From contig JAQGDQ010000083.1 of NCBI GenBank assembly GCA_030141605.1, positions 620,001 through 684,000 of the forward strand: DNA of 64,000 bases. The letters run 5' to 3'. The notes beneath the pieces were generated by a model. It was not told where the DNA came from. It made no database searches and was given only the letters and a program-made list of their open reading frames with translations. Positions 26,682-40,708 of this stretch are shown here, piece by piece. How positions within the stretch are numbered: the first letter of the stretch is position 1; each line of letters opens with the position of its first letter. The translations under genes and the position numbers were made by a program. Origin of the DNA: Tubiluchus corallicola. Its lineage: Eukaryota > Animalia > Priapulida.

Positions 26682-26693
26682 TGTGTGTGTGTG
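26585..26693. repeat. (CA)n/(GT)n/(GTGC)n microsatellite
   Basis: Direct observation. Confidence 0.95.
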
Positions 26694-26699
26694 TCTTTA

Positions 26700-28310
26700 T
26701 TCGCCATAAAATCTATATTATGTAAACAATGGGATCTTATTCTTAATTTAGTAAAAGCTCTTTTTAGTTTAAAAGCTGTTTCATTAGTTAACAAGTAATT
26801 TTGCACTTCAAATAAATTTTTAAATTTGCTTCCATCGCCAATGTTATTATAATTTTTATTGATTTCACTGGTGCAGTATTCCTTATTCATTTTCATTCCT
26901 CGTTCATTCCTTATTTCACTTTAATAGACGCTAACAGCCGTTTTTGTTTGTCGCTCCCTGATTTTGCCAGACATGCGCAAAACCAATATGAGTTAGAATA
27001 GATTTTATAAATGAAACCCAGCTGTTTAAATCTAGATCAGCTTGATTTATTGACCCTTTCTATAAAAATACGCAAAATAAGATTCTGGTAATTTAATTAT
27101 GTAAAGTCAGCGATTAATTGCTCTACAGACGCGATCTATACCTAATGGAAAATGCCCCATCTACACTTCGCACAGCGTGTTTTACAGATTTGATATTTAC
27201 ATGAAGAATATAAGTTTTAGGTTTAATGCCTCCGAGTCAACGTTATCGTAAGCTGTATGAAGATTTTCCAAACAAACAGCAAGTTTGAAATTTGTCGAGA
27301 AAAGTCCCAAATTCTTCACACTTCACTGCCATGTAACGTTACAGATTTAACGAGAGAATCAAACAAACTGAGAGTTACATTTCAGGGCATGTTATAATTA
27401 ATCAGTTCCAATCTTAAAATATTTAGGAATTTTATTCGTTTGTTTCTAAGGATTGGATAGATTGCCTACATGAACTGCAATTATAAAAGTCGATATCAAG
27501 ATATTTGTATTGATTTACAATTTCAGCATGTTATTTTCGTACGTTTAATATTGATTTAGAGACGCTTTACCCAGTTTATTAAAAACAATAATAATTTGAG
27601 TTTTCTTAAAAATCACCGTTAATTACCACTATGATCAATATTTAGATAAAATGTTAAGAACATTTGCAAGCCACAAATTCTGATGTAGACAATATAACAA
27701 TGTGATCGCCATACATCAAACAATTCCTAGATTGGTTATTTGTAATAATCGGATCGGAAGAGGCGTAAAATAAAGTTGGCAAATCATCAATGAAATAATA
27801 TTGAGAACAATGTTGCGCAGCCCTGCTTGACGCCTACAATGCTTTTGAAAGGATTAGGTGATCCATAGATAGTTCTTATAGAGTAATCACATTTACTATT
27901 CATGTATATAATACCTGTAATTCCATCCATTGCATTTTACAATACAGAACTTGATGGTAGACAAGAGTCCAAAGCTTTTTTTATAATCAACCAAACAAGC
28001 GAACAATTGTCGCTTATTTATAATAAGTCACTTATCGATACTAGTGTTCAATGCTGGGATGTGGTCAATTGTACTACATGTGCCTCTTTCTAAAGCAAAT
28101 TTTCGTTTGTTTAATTCTATCTTCTAGGTATTTATTCAAACGTTCGATTAAGACATTCTCGAACAATTTACCGAAGAAACTCGACATAGTTATTCGCCGA
28201 TAATTAGCGCGTTCGCCTTTAGAACATGTTTTATGCAAGGACACAGTAAAATTTTCTGACCACCCTGTAGAATATACATTACACGAGTAAATTAAGTTGA
28301 TCAACTACTT
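26700..28310 (-). mobile_element. Decayed non-LTR retrotransposon (RT and 3' part)
   Basis: NYRRITMSSFFGKLFENVLIERLNKYLE (28074-28304); LMYGD (decayed YADD) near 27710; KFKNLFEVQNYL...AFTKLRIRSHCL near 26700-26830. Confidence 0.75.
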
Positions 28311-28361
28311 AAGTTGAAGTAGTCGAAATTTATCAGATTCACATCACATCAACATAGTCGT

Positions 28362-29221
28362 CAGGGCTGATTATCCTATAGGCTAGTATAGGCTGCAGCC
28401 TAGGGGGCCCTCAAGCTTGAAGGCCAGGGCTGATTATCCTATAGGCTAGTATAGGCTGCAGCCTAGAGTATCTCAAGCTTAGGGGGCCTCAAGTTTTGGT
28501 AACATTTGGTAAGTTTTAACTACGGTTGTGTTGAAATATGTGCTAATTTGGTTTGCAATAAGTAGTAAAATAGTGGTATTTCGTTAAGAACACTTTTGTT
28601 ACCAAACAAAAGATAGATGTTCTAGTTTATTTAAGGAATTTGCAATAACTTTATTTCAACTAATGCAAACATGTAAAACATTCGTATTCGCATTTTTAGT
28701 GCCAAAAATACATACAATACAAAAAAAACAAGACATACATACAATTTCAATTTTAAAATATAGCGACACTGCAGACAAACCAATCAATTACTGATGAAAC
28801 AAATATTATTAAATCTTCCTGTTAATTATTTAATTATTTAAATGTAAAGTTTAATGAGTAATATTTAAAATAAATTGTCACTCATCTGGCTTCATTTTTA
28901 ATGATATGATGTATGTGGTCCATAATGTCTTAAAAACGCTTTGTTAAAACATAATCAATAAATGCTTTAATTACTTCTAAATCAATACTTCCCATCTAGA
29001 ATAAAAAATTATCAGCTTTGTTCATAAGCAAAAAATCTGATATAACTAGATTGATGTGATTATATAACTATCCTCTGGGATTATTGTAATATGCAATAAT
29101 ATTGTAATATTGTAAAATGCACCACGAGTAAAAACATTCAAGACGGGTGCGGCGAGTTAGACGGTGGCTCCATCTGAGGGGGTGCGGCGAGTTAGACGGT
29201 GGCTCCATCTGAGAGGCCCTG
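28362..29221 (+). mobile_element. Family D copy 2, with duplicated 5' end and a nested insertion
   Basis: CAGGGCTGATTATCCTATAGGCTAGTATAGGCTGCAGCCTAG occurs twice (28362 and ~28425); interrupted at ~28670-29120 by sequence partly shared with 16424-16705; resumes GAGTAAAAACATTCAAGACG; tandem ~36-bp duplication at ~29145-29215. Confidence 0.7.
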
Positions 29222-29742
29222 CAGTGATGTACGCTCTGAAAATCATCGGGTTCTCCTTAAAATTACAAAATCCATGATTTCTAGTCTTGTCTCTTCAAGC
29301 TGATATTGTGCAGCCAGAATGAATGACTCCTATCTGGCTATCAGACAGCATAATTTATACTAAAAGGAATATTTTTCGAGAGCTGTACCACACTCTGACA
29401 ATCACTTTTGTACTGCAGACTGTCAAAGACCTGACAGCAGTCCTAGAACAGTCCAAGAGATAAACCTGGAAAACATTGAGTTCAACTAATACATTATGCA
29501 CTAGGCCTTTTATAACTTTATAAAGACATGCAAAAGCTTCCAGACGGGTATTTTAAGGATACGAGGTAGGTAAGATTGATCAGTGGCCGAGGTAATATAG
29601 AGAGAACACCTATAGATGGAATTAGACTAGGTATTAATTTTAGGCAAGGCTTTAACACACCTGAAGGCAAAACACTGCACTTTCTTAAAACAAAATTGGA
29701 CGATTTTTTCATTTTGAAGTACGGTAACATGTATAATAGTGC

Positions 29743-30284
29743 CAAAGCATTTCCGATAATTAAATAACAGGTTAAAATTTAATTGACGACGGGCGAGTCC
29801 AGCTAGTGATGACCTCACAAACGAACTCAATTTTTCAACAGCACAAGCTTTTTACAAACGTGTTACACGTGCTTGCGAAAGTGAAAATCGAAATACAGTG
29901 CTATTGTTGAACATTTAGTGTGTTATACAAAAATTTGGCAAATTTTAAGATAAAAATTGAAATTTTTAAATACCGGTGTGCTCACGCATGCGCTGTTGAA
30001 CGTGTGCAGTTCGTCAAAAACTGACACATCTGAACTGAGAGGTACAGCACTTGTTTTTCATGCAACGCGTTTCCGAAATGCAGGTGCTAGTGCTCGTCTA
30101 ACTAACGAATTGTGAAAAACAGCTAAGAACTAGGTGCAGGAACTCGAAATTACTTTTGTGTAGTAATAATTCTTTCACGTAAGTCGTAAGTCATTATTTA
30201 AAAAATGGGTATGTTGCCTTTCAATATTTTTAAAATACATTTAAAAAGACTTACAGTTTAGGATTGGGAGTGGTTTTCCTTTAA
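29743..30284 (-). mobile_element. Family A (Kolobok-like) copy 3, truncated at one end
   Basis: Reverse complement of 5793-~6345; ends GGTTTTCCTTTAA. Confidence 0.75.
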
Positions 30285-30648
30285 CGGATGCTTTTTGAAG
30301 TGACGATGCGCCTACATTGCACTGCATATAAAGCAGTTACTGCAGTTACTGATTCTTCCTCGTGTCATTTATTACATTGACAGAAATCTGCGCTCTCTAC
30401 TCTTTTAAAATTATTAACTCGCTTTGTCTCGCGTTTCTAAGAGCACGTCCAGGTTAGCCCTAATGGTTTACCCTGTTATCAATTTTGTGACAAGAAAAGT
30501 TGATTAAAGTGTCAAGATGAACAATAAATTGACACGTCTGATCTTAAGTGGCAAAGGATTGTAACAAAGAGAGAAGCTTTCTCTCTTGTCTCTCAGTTAG
30601 CATAATAATTTCATTTTATTGTTTATTATTTATTTTATTTTAGATCTC

Positions 30649-30654
<6 letters not shown>

Positions 30655-30745
<91 letters not shown>

Positions 30746-30750
30746 CACAC
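30655..30750. repeat. (CT)n-(AC)n microsatellite
   Basis: Direct observation. Confidence 0.95.
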
Positions 30751-30849
30751 GCAAATATATCGCAATATGCAATCAACCTTATTAACACAAACAAATATTA
30801 GGTAAAAACGACACACAAATATTTACATTGACATATTTGAAAGACAAAT

Positions 30850-32400
30850 CTACATGTTATTCACTCAACAGGGTTATTAACATCTCATCGATAGCATCTT
30901 TTCTAAAACCAGTTTTTACTGTTCATTAGAATTGATAAGACCAGTGAAGTTCATGTGCTAATTTAGCTAAATCATTATGACACCCTAGTCTATCAAATTC
31001 TACAGTAGACACATGAATAGTTGATTTTTCCCAAGCATTGACACCCTTGAGTGCTTATTTAGTTTTGACAAGGCTTTAAAAATACAAATATATGCGTTAT
31101 TCACAGTGTTAAAAAGTTTATACATAGAGTCATGCTGGAATGACTGTTTCTAGGTAAAATACAAGATAACACTTTACGAGCTTCGACAGCTGTAATGTTG
31201 ATTGCATCATCATTCAAATCAAATAGTATGCTTCCATAAAATAAGTAACAAAACGATTGATGTAATTTCAACAGTACACGCTTATAAGAAAACTTCAGTC
31301 GAGAAATGCGCCCGTATACTCGAGGCACATGATTGATTCTTATTGCTTACCCATGTTGCTTGGATCTGCCCAAGCAAACTGTTTCATTAGTGATAATACA
31401 ATTTTTCTACATGAATAAGTCTGTAAATAGCATTACTTAGCGTTCTGCCTTTTTGTCCATTTAATGAACTATCAAGTCTCCTTCTGATAAGCTTCTTCTG
31501 AAGTCTATAAAATATGTACTGTACTGTAATGCTATAATGCGGAATGCCCATCATGCGATGCACGAAATTCAGCAACGTAAACAAAACGTACCTAGATTAG
31601 TGAAAAGTCTATATTTTGCACTTATAGATAGATAAATCCTGAATTAAAGAAAGTCAGGATGATTCGAAATAAAATAGTTTTATTTATTAATAATAAAAAA
31701 GCATTAACAAACTTCACGCATTTGTTTAACACCAGTTATTTAAGGGCAGTCAAACTTGGGTTGAGTAAAGTGGCATCGTCTGTATAGCCCAGGAGTCTGA
31801 TGTAACTGTTTAGAAAATCACAACTTAGCTTAAAATTTTTAAGAATAATTAAAAAAATCTTCTAAGTAAATAGTAAAAAGTACATAAGTAAGCACACTTC
31901 CTTGTTTAATTCCGGCTATTGCTGTAAAAGCAAATGATTTACTTTGATTCCAATAAACTCTAATTTCTTGATTTGCGTACATTTCCAACATGAGGGAAGC
32001 AGTCAGTTTAGATAAAAAACATCTATTTTCTAATTTTGTAAAAAATAACGGAATATTCACTCTGTCAAATACCTTGGAAAAATCTAGCAGGCAATAATAA
32101 ACAGGTGAGCTCGTTTCAATAAACGAGTTTACAGTGTCTCTTACAAGTAAAGTGCACAAATCTGTAAAAAACCTTGTTTTGAAATTTAGCCAAAATAAGC
32201 CAGTCAACAAGCTTGGTAATATATGAAGTCGGCGATATGGCTCTATAATTCAAGTTTCTTCGTATAAGCCTATGACGGTTTTTAACAATATAGTTTATAG
32301 TATTAGTACATAACATGCCAGCGAACGATTAAATTCAACTTGATATCAGATAGAATAATATATCAGTTCGGTGGAGCACACCAGTTTTTTGACATAAATG
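30850..32400 (-). mobile_element. Decayed non-LTR retrotransposon RT
   Basis: NYRAISPTSYITKLVD, CLLDFSKVFDRVN, GIKQGSVLTYVLFTIYLED, LLGYTDD near 31780-31800. Confidence 0.85.
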
Positions 32401-33449
32401 AAACTCGACAATGGAATTTGCCCACATTGTTTCAAAAGTTCTCATTCTTTCACTCTTAGTACATAAGAAACGTAAAGCAGTATAATTATATGGCCTCCAC
32501 ATTAAACTGATAGGTATCAGGTATAATGTATATAACATACTTGAATATTCCATTTTGTATCCGTAGTCTCTAATAAAAAAGAACTGTATGCCATCGTTGT
32601 TCCAACGTGATGAAACTTACCTGTCAATTGTTATTGATGTTATATACAGTGTCGAGATAACCTGTCATGACAAATACATGGGTATAGTGAATTAAAATTT
32701 TTGCTGAAGTATGTCTTCACAGTTTAATGTGAATATATAGATATATAAATATAATACATATATAAACGCTGTTGACAACTCGTTTTTTCCGTACTTGTTC
32801 AATATGATGTATGTGTTTAGTAATTATAATTTGTTTGTTCGTATTTGAATAATTGTTTTACTGTGTAATTGTAGAATTGTTATATGCTTGTAATCTTGTT
32901 ATTGTCACTTATCAATAGCACCTGCATTGTATTATTGTGTTTTCCACGTGTGCATTGTACTGTTTGCTCATATGTACTGTACCATTCGAGTACGTGATAA
33001 ATAATACATAAAAAATAAATAGTTAGCGTAATGAAGCCGCCCCTCTGTCATTTTATGACGCGGCTGACACTCAAGAAACATTATCTTTTCGCTCATTTTG
33101 TATAAATGGGTTTCCACGTAAATACAGTTTTCGGAATGGCACTTTTATTGCGATTTTATTATCTGCGAAGGCAATATTCATTTCAGAAATAAAACGATGC
33201 TTCGTAAAGGTAAACGCCAAAGCGATAGTCTGAATCAGCAATCTAATGCAAAGCGTAAATATGGTAAGAGAGACGAAATAGGCAACAGAAAAGTGAAAAG
33301 AAAATTATCAGTTTCAAACGTAGCATTGTCGTTTATACTGACGGTGTAGTATTAATGAACATCGGCGAAATGACATGATATATCAAACATGAAATAAAAC
33401 AAAGATAATAAAAAAATGCAGCGTTAAATGTAACGGTCTGAGAAGCGTT

Positions 33450-34400
33450 TCATGAAAAAAATCGGATTTTGCCACCACGTTTCCATATCTCAATTGGACC
33501 TGTCTTCAAATATTTTGTGGACCAATCATCATTAATTTCATTAACTTCTACATCTTGTGATGTATTTAAAAACACGAACTGCTCATAGGGAGACACGTAA
33601 TGAAAGTTACGACAGAAATCAGAAAGGATACCAAAACATTCCTCTCTTATATGAGCGTGCAGTGGACATTCAGTAGTTACATGCAATTCATCCTCTACTT
33701 TGTTCAAACAACAATTTTTACATACTCGTTGTTTTCAGGTACTTTTTCAGCTTATGATATCTACGGATTTCAATTGCTAATTTATGAGCACTAATACGAA
33801 ATCTCGTTAAGTTAATTTTGACATGTTTTGGAATACTAATCAACAAATAATTTTCCATGTTATAAGAATTTTTGAAACGGTTATACGTCCTAAGTTTATT
33901 GCTGTTTTCATTCAGTGCAGCCCGCTTCATTTCCTGCAGCCAGTATTGTGGAAGTTGGTATTTGTACATTGTAGTTAGGTGCTGCCATCTATGTGCTAAT
34001 CTTCTTACATTCTTCTAGCTGACTTACCTTCAGTATACTTGTATGGTCCAGTGACTACATACACACTAGTCCTCTCCCTATCTTAAATTAATGGTTGTTG
34101 TGAAACCTGTACAAGTCTGCATAGTTCTGCAAAGGTCAAGTTTAACACCTGTATTCTGGCTGTGAAACAGGTTCTACTGACTGTTTTTAAATTCTAGTTT
34201 TGCACAATATTCAGTGCAGCAGTTTTCTATTCATGTTTCTATAGTTCAATAAACACTTTTCTGTTGTGTGCAATGCAAATATTTGTTGTAGATTTTTGGT
34301 TCCTATCCATACGTCTCTGTGTCTAAACTCAAGGATATCAAAGTGACTGAACAACAACTTCAAAAATGACTTTTACAAGTACTGTCTAAACCGAGATTCA
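33450..34400 (-). mobile_element. Decayed LINE 3' region
   Basis: KLRTYNRFKNSYNMENYL...LTRFRISAHKLAIE and VEDELHVTTECPLH, typical C-terminal motifs of LINE ORF2. Confidence 0.8.
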
Positions 34401-35367
34401 AGTTTATCATTGATGGCTTTGATAAATTTGATGAATGCACTGTGCTATAAAAACAGAGAACCAGGATAAAAATGACATTAGAGCTTGTGTCTTTTGGTCA
34501 AAATCCAGGATGTTGTAAGTTGTTAAACATTCTTTCAATTACACATAAGATTTTGAGCCTGACTGAAAATTTACTGCAAGGCTGAAGTGGCAAACGAAGA
34601 ATATTAGAGAGTCCAGAATGCAAACCTTGAGAGTGAATGCTTACGAAGAGGCACGTCGAAATTGTCAGTTAACCTAGCTTCAAGGCTCTTCAATATTAAT
34701 TGTCACAAAAAACAGAATATGGAAAAATGAACTACAACATATTTAATGTTTGCATTATCTGACAGTTGTTGTGCTGTGACTTCTGATACATCACATAGAG
34801 TTTTTAATTCATCAGACACCTTATGACAATTTGCTGAACTTTCTCTAGCAAATTATACACGTTCAAATAACTAACGAGTGTACGATTTATGCAATTATAC
34901 TGTTATTTTGTCGTTCTTAAAAACACTTTAACTGAAAATCTTTGTGCGTTTTACAATTAAAAATGATTTGAAAATTTGACATTATCATAATCATCGTTAT
35001 CATCATTGTTATTATAATGATCCCAGTGCACTTTTGTAAATCAAGCAACAATCAAGCAGCAGTTTTTATTATTTAGGTATTATCGCACTTATATCACTTT
35101 ATATTTTTTATTTTATATTATTTTGTACATTGCCATTGGATATTTTCTGTATTTTGCTTTTGAATGACAGCTTTACTAAAAGCATCTGTTTTTTCTAGCA
35201 AAGAATCTCGAAAACTTATGGTACTGCTCTTTTCTAAACTATTATTTACAAAATTCAGTTTATTACTATTCAAACGATTATGCCCGTACTATCTTTATCA
35301 ATAATTTTGACCTTCAATATCGCTTTTGTATTTGTAAAAAGTAATTATTACATAACTAACAAGTTAT

Positions 35368-35612
35368 GAATCGAATCGAATCGAATCGAATCGAAGCGAA
35401 GCGAAGCGAAGCGAAGCTAATCTAATCTAATCTAATCTAATCTAATCTAATCTAATCAAGCTAAGCTAAGTAAAGCTAAGCTAATCCAATCCAATCTAAT
35501 CTAACCTAATCTAATCTAGTCTAACCTCATCTAGTCTAATCTAATCTAATCCAATCCAATCCAATATAACCTAATGCAATTGAATCTCAGCTAATCTAAC
35601 CTAATCTAGTCT
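35368..35612. repeat. Compound pentanucleotide microsatellite (GAATC/GAAGC/CTAAT/CTAAG/CCAAT)
   Basis: 5-bp periodicity with stepwise motif change. Confidence 0.93.
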
Positions 35613-36994
35613 GTTTTGATCTCATGTCGTCTTTGAGCTACATAAGTACGTTGAGCTCAGGATACCTTAGTAGATCTGTGCTGTGAATTATATTTACTCA
35701 TAAGTCGGAGACCGTTGAATCTTTTCATTCGTCGGAACGCGTTCAATTTTATGCGTTCGTTTTCGAATTAACTGAACAAGAGAGATGCGATACAAATTTT
35801 GCAGAGAGGTGAATTAAACAGCAATTTTAAATAAACAAACGTGAGCTTCTATAAAGATGTTTTCGTGTTTATTAACTCAGATTACCGTCAGTGAAAAGGA
35901 GACAGCTTAGAAGAAACGCACGTACGTTGGCTAACAAAGCCAATAATTCAAAATGCGACTTGGTTGCTGCTTGTGGATTTGGTTCACCTCAGGCGCCGAC
36001 AATCAAATCAATGTGGTTCAAAGAATCATATGAGGATCCGTCATAATAACTCTGGGCAGTACAAGGCACGACTGCAGCTTGGCAAGACTTCGTGTTTCTG
36101 TTTTTCGTCTCCATTATAAATTTGATATTGTTATCACAGCCGCAATATTTCACTGATTAGATCAAGTCAAGAAACAACTTACACTGAGGGAGTATATTGA
36201 GCGAAATTGTTTTCTTAAGACTGTAACAATGTGTGATGATTCTTTAATCACATCAAAAGAATACTTTACTGTGCTTTTTGATGTTGCAAACCAAAAACCT
36301 GGCTAGAATAAGAATCCTAAAATACCTGTTGTAAAAAAAATTGTTGAAATTCTCGAAGCACCGGTAATGCAGACGCACATGTTGTGTAGTATAATGTTGC
36401 CAAAGACACACTTTCCACTTCCATGATCGTAGTGGCCGGGCCCTGTCCACAATAATTCGAGTAATCCAAGATTTAGTTTTAAACTGAGCTTACAGTTTAC
36501 ACGGATTATAGTTTATGTGACAATTTTAACAATACGTAAATCAGGATCGTGATTCGCATCATTTGGGTTGAATATTCAACACTTAAATTCTGAAGCATTT
36601 CTAGAAAATCATAACAACAGTCTTTGGCATCTTCGTATATTAGTATTTTATCTCACATTGTAACTCATCCATTCATGAACTATGCATTATACACATTAGG
36701 CTTAAGTATAAGATTACTATAGTAAAAATATTGATAGAAACGCAAACTCTTCATCTGTATTCTGCAAATCTCGACTAAAAAGAACAGTTACGCACCAAAT
36801 TCCCTTAACCAATCAAACATTTTCCTGATGTCACGTAGCAAGCGGTTTCGCGTACTCGACAAGACCATCAGATCCAATGTTATGTAGGTACATATCGCGA
36901 GGACGTTATAATGTTTTAAATTCTTGTGGTAAATACGTTCTTACATTCATTCGTTGGCCTTTTCTTGTATCCGAGAATTTTACTTCATCAAAAT

Positions 36995-38000
36995 GTCGTT
37001 CTTCTTCTGTGGTGGTAACATTGATGACTCAGGAGACCAATTCTTGCATGAAACATGCGGTAACACAGAGGCATTCGAAAGTTTGTGGGGTCGCAGCTAA
37101 CTGATCTTGTTGAATCTTGATCTTGGCCTGTTGCTTCTTGGGCTGCTGATTTGGTTATCGAAGGATTTTGACTTCTCGCTCTTGTTTGTTTAAGAGCACA
37201 TTTTAATTGGTATTTGATTTATGAAGCGGATATCCTTATTGTGTTTTGCCCGTTGTGACTTCACTAAAGAAAAGATGATGTGGATGCCTGGTTTCCTCAT
37301 TCTGATGACATGTCCTCCTGACCAATGCAGACAGTGTTTCATGATGGTGGTTTCGGTGCTCTGGAGGTTTGCTCAGCAATGCTCTTTCGAAGATAGTGAT
37401 GACGATGTTGATAAATTATTGTGAAAGTCATGTTTGACCACTCACTTTGTTGTGATTGAGTTTAGGCACAGAAGTATGAATAAGAATAAAAAATCTATAA
37501 TACATATTTGCACTGCACACAAGAGAAAAGTGTTTATTAAAACTACAGAAACATGAGTAGCACAACTGCTGCACTGAACACTGAGAGAGAGAGAGAGAGA
37601 GAGTGACTAGAAAGCAAAAATAGTCAGTATATATAGGTATGGGACTTGACCTATGCAGATTTGCACAGGCGTCACAACAACCATTACGTTTAAATATGGA
37701 GAGGACCAGTGTCTATGCATTGATGTTCAGGATGAAGAGAGACATTTGCTAGTGGAAAGGTTCGAGCTGTTTCGTGCTCCACACGATAGTGGAGGATACA
37801 GGTCTTGCAGTCATAGGGGAAGGATGAAATAGGGACAGCTTCATCGTGAATTTTACATTTGGGCACAGATCTTTGCTCTTTAAAACTGGTTTTGTAAGTT
37901 TCTCATAAGCCATATGAGCTGCTACAATTTGATGCTTCACACCTTTCCAGAAATGTGTATAAGACAGACCTCCAACGTATTGAAAATGTGTGATCCACCG
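36995..38000 (-). mobile_element. Decayed RTE-clade retrotransposon 3' half
   Basis: AAHMAYEKLTKPVL...KQLEPFH; TTIMKHCLHWSGGHVIRM; C-terminal MFHARIGLLSHQ motif followed by short (AGA)n. Confidence 0.7.
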
Positions 38001-38230
38001 ACCGATCGGCTTGTCAAAGATGATGATGTTGCTTACTTGAACTGCTTGCTTAATTTAGTACTATGCTAAGTTGCTTTATGTATTCTGCTGTGTAATGCTT
38101 AAGTAATGTAGAAAATATCTAAGCAACAACACGAATTATGTTCACTTTGCATTCGGCAAAGTCACTTTATGTTTTCTATATAGATGCCGGCTATTATTCA
38201 AAACGTCTAGAAGTCAAAGTACCCATTAAA

Positions 38231-38381
38231 TCTCAATTTTTCACACAAACTTTCATCCTTCGTAGACTTTGTCAACTGAAATCTACTTGTAAAGCCTAAA
38301 TCTTGAAATACCTAAGCCATACAAGTAGATTTCAGCTGACGAAGTCCGTGAAAGACGAAAACTTCTGTGAAAAAATTGAGA
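38231..38381. repeat. ~60-bp inverted repeat pair carrying hammerhead-like cores (Penelope-like relic)
   Basis: 38231-38291 is the reverse complement of 38320-38381; right arm CTGACGA-AGTC-CGTGAAA-GAC-GAAAACTT. Confidence 0.65.
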
Positions 38382-38639
38382 CAATGAACACACTGGCTTC
38401 TTTACGATTATGACCATGGCAAGTCTCAGAAGAACACTATCTTATTTTCAAGCTACAAAACATCTAGGTAATGTGTGAAAGTGTCTCAGCAAAAAGGATT
38501 TAATTGACACGCAGCTATTCGCATACAGTATTAGATTAGGCCAAGATTAAAATTGCTAAAATAAAAACGGTAACAATGTAAAACTGAAACCCATCGCACT
38601 GAATTTATTAATTATTGTGATAAAATAGTATATTCACTA

Positions 38640-40492
38640 AAAATGGCAGCTGATGTATGCATACCTGTAAAAAATACGGATTATAAAACGCACCCAAAAC
38701 AAATTGCGAGGTGGAATGACTTAGTCCGCGAAAACATGACTATTCGCGACAAATATTCCATTTATGAGTAAGTAGTGATCGACCCAGGCAAGGTGCGTTA
38801 GAATTTGAGATGCGTCGTGCTAGGGCATCTTTTAAACAGGCTTTGCGCGAATGCAAGCGAAGAGAGAATGCGATCAATGCTGATAAATTAGCATACAACT
38901 TGATGGATAATAATCCTATAAACTTTTGGAATAACGTCAAAAATCATTGCAATACAAAAGTTCCGCTTGCACCTAAAATTGATAGCGTGGAAGGAGAAGA
39001 AAACGTGACTAGAATGCGGAAAGATTATTTTAGTTCCATCCTTAAGTCAATTGACTGCTCAAGTGAGAGAGACGAATTGGAATACTGCAAAAATTTTGCT
39101 CCAGTATTCTTGTCCCTGTTTTAAAGGACAAAAATGGGAACATTTCTAGCACCAATAATTATCGCCCAATAGCAATGCCACCTATTTCAAGCAAACTTAT
39201 AGAGAAAGTTTTCACACAACGCTATGAGAACTTGTTACCATCTACGGATAACCAGTTTGGCTTTAAAAAAGATCTGGGCACTGAAATGTGCATTTTCACC
39301 TTAAAGGAAATTGTAAATTTTCCGCATCCAAAAATAGTATGGTTCATATATGTTTTATAGACGCTTCAAAAGCATTTTATAATGTTAACTATTGCAAATT
39401 ATTTCTAGAACTTTATCATACTGATTTCCCAAAGATAATCTCGCGTTTACTGTATACGTGGTGTAAGAAACAGGAACTGGCAATTAGATGGGGGAACAGT
39501 ATCTCAGACAAGTTTAATATGTCTAATGGTGTGTGGGCAAGGCAGCTGCTGTGTCTTCTAAACTATTTAACACTTATCTTTGTAAACTGAGTCGCACCTT
39601 AACAGAATCAAAAACTGGCTGTTTTATTGGAAATGTACATACTAATCATCTTATGTACGCTGATGACACTTGTCTGATTGCTTCTACTATAACGACCCTT
39701 CAGTATTTGTTAAATTTGTACATGCAGTATGCAGCACAATGTGTTATTAAGGTGAACTATACAAAAACAAAACTTTTAACCTTCAAGCCGTTAAATTATA
39801 CTAAATTCCCCACAGGAGATATTTATGCAGAAACTAATATCATTAAATCTTGTACAGAAGAAAAGTACCTAGGTCATCTTTTAACAACAGATAAAACAGA
39901 CAATACGGATATAGGCCGCCAGCGTCGTTTGTTCTGCATTCTCAAGCAAATTAATTCGATATTTTCCTAATTGCAGTACAGAAGTCAAACAAACTTTGTT
40001 CAAAGCATATTACTCTAACTTTTATTGTGCCGAATTATGGAATAACTATTACGACCACAGCTTGAAGAATTTAAAAGTTGCTTATAATAAAGGGATCAGA
40101 ATTTTGTTTAATCTACCTTATGACTGCTAGGCTAGACAAATGTGTATAGAACTAAATTTACCCTATTTTGATTTTATTATTAGAAGATCTTTTTATTCAC
40201 TAAAAATTAGAGCTACTGACAACTACAATGAATTGACAAGTGATATATTTATCAGTGACTATTTATTTATATCTAAGTTGTATAAGCATTGAAATAAATG
40301 CCTATATACTGTAGCGAAATAAAGCAAAGTTGTAAATATTGTAAATACTCAATTAACTGTGTTTAATTGTGAGACACTACTAACCGATAATTGTATATTG
40401 ATTTATATGTATAATGTTTGTTTGTGAACTATAATTTGTATTGTAATATGGACTTTGTTCCGAAATAAAAGTATTCAATCAATAATTCAATC
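38640..40492 (+). mobile_element. 5'-truncated decayed LINE with 3' tail
   Basis: RASFKQALRECKRREN, NYRPIAMPPISSKLIEK, QFGFKK, FIDASKAF, NHLMYADDTCL, KYLGH; ends AATAAA followed by TTCAATC repeats. Confidence 0.9.
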
Positions 40493-40690
40493 AAAAAATA
40501 ATAGTGTTGCATTCACCCAATTTTATTTATTCCCAACAATAATAAACAAGAACAAATGCCGGCAAGTCTTGCAACAGTGTTACACGATGATCTCCACCAT
40601 TACTGTAACAGTAAAACACTGATTGTAGGCACATTAATATTTAACATAATAATATGATTAAGTTAACGAAATAAAAAGAATTAGCGTTAT

Positions 40691-40696
40691 TTTATT
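40691..40696 (-). terminator. Candidate polyadenylation signal of the peptide-precursor gene (alternative at 40527-40522)
   Basis: AATAAA on the minus strand downstream of the stop codon. Confidence 0.4.
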
Positions 40697-40708
40697 TTAA
40701 GTTGAAAT

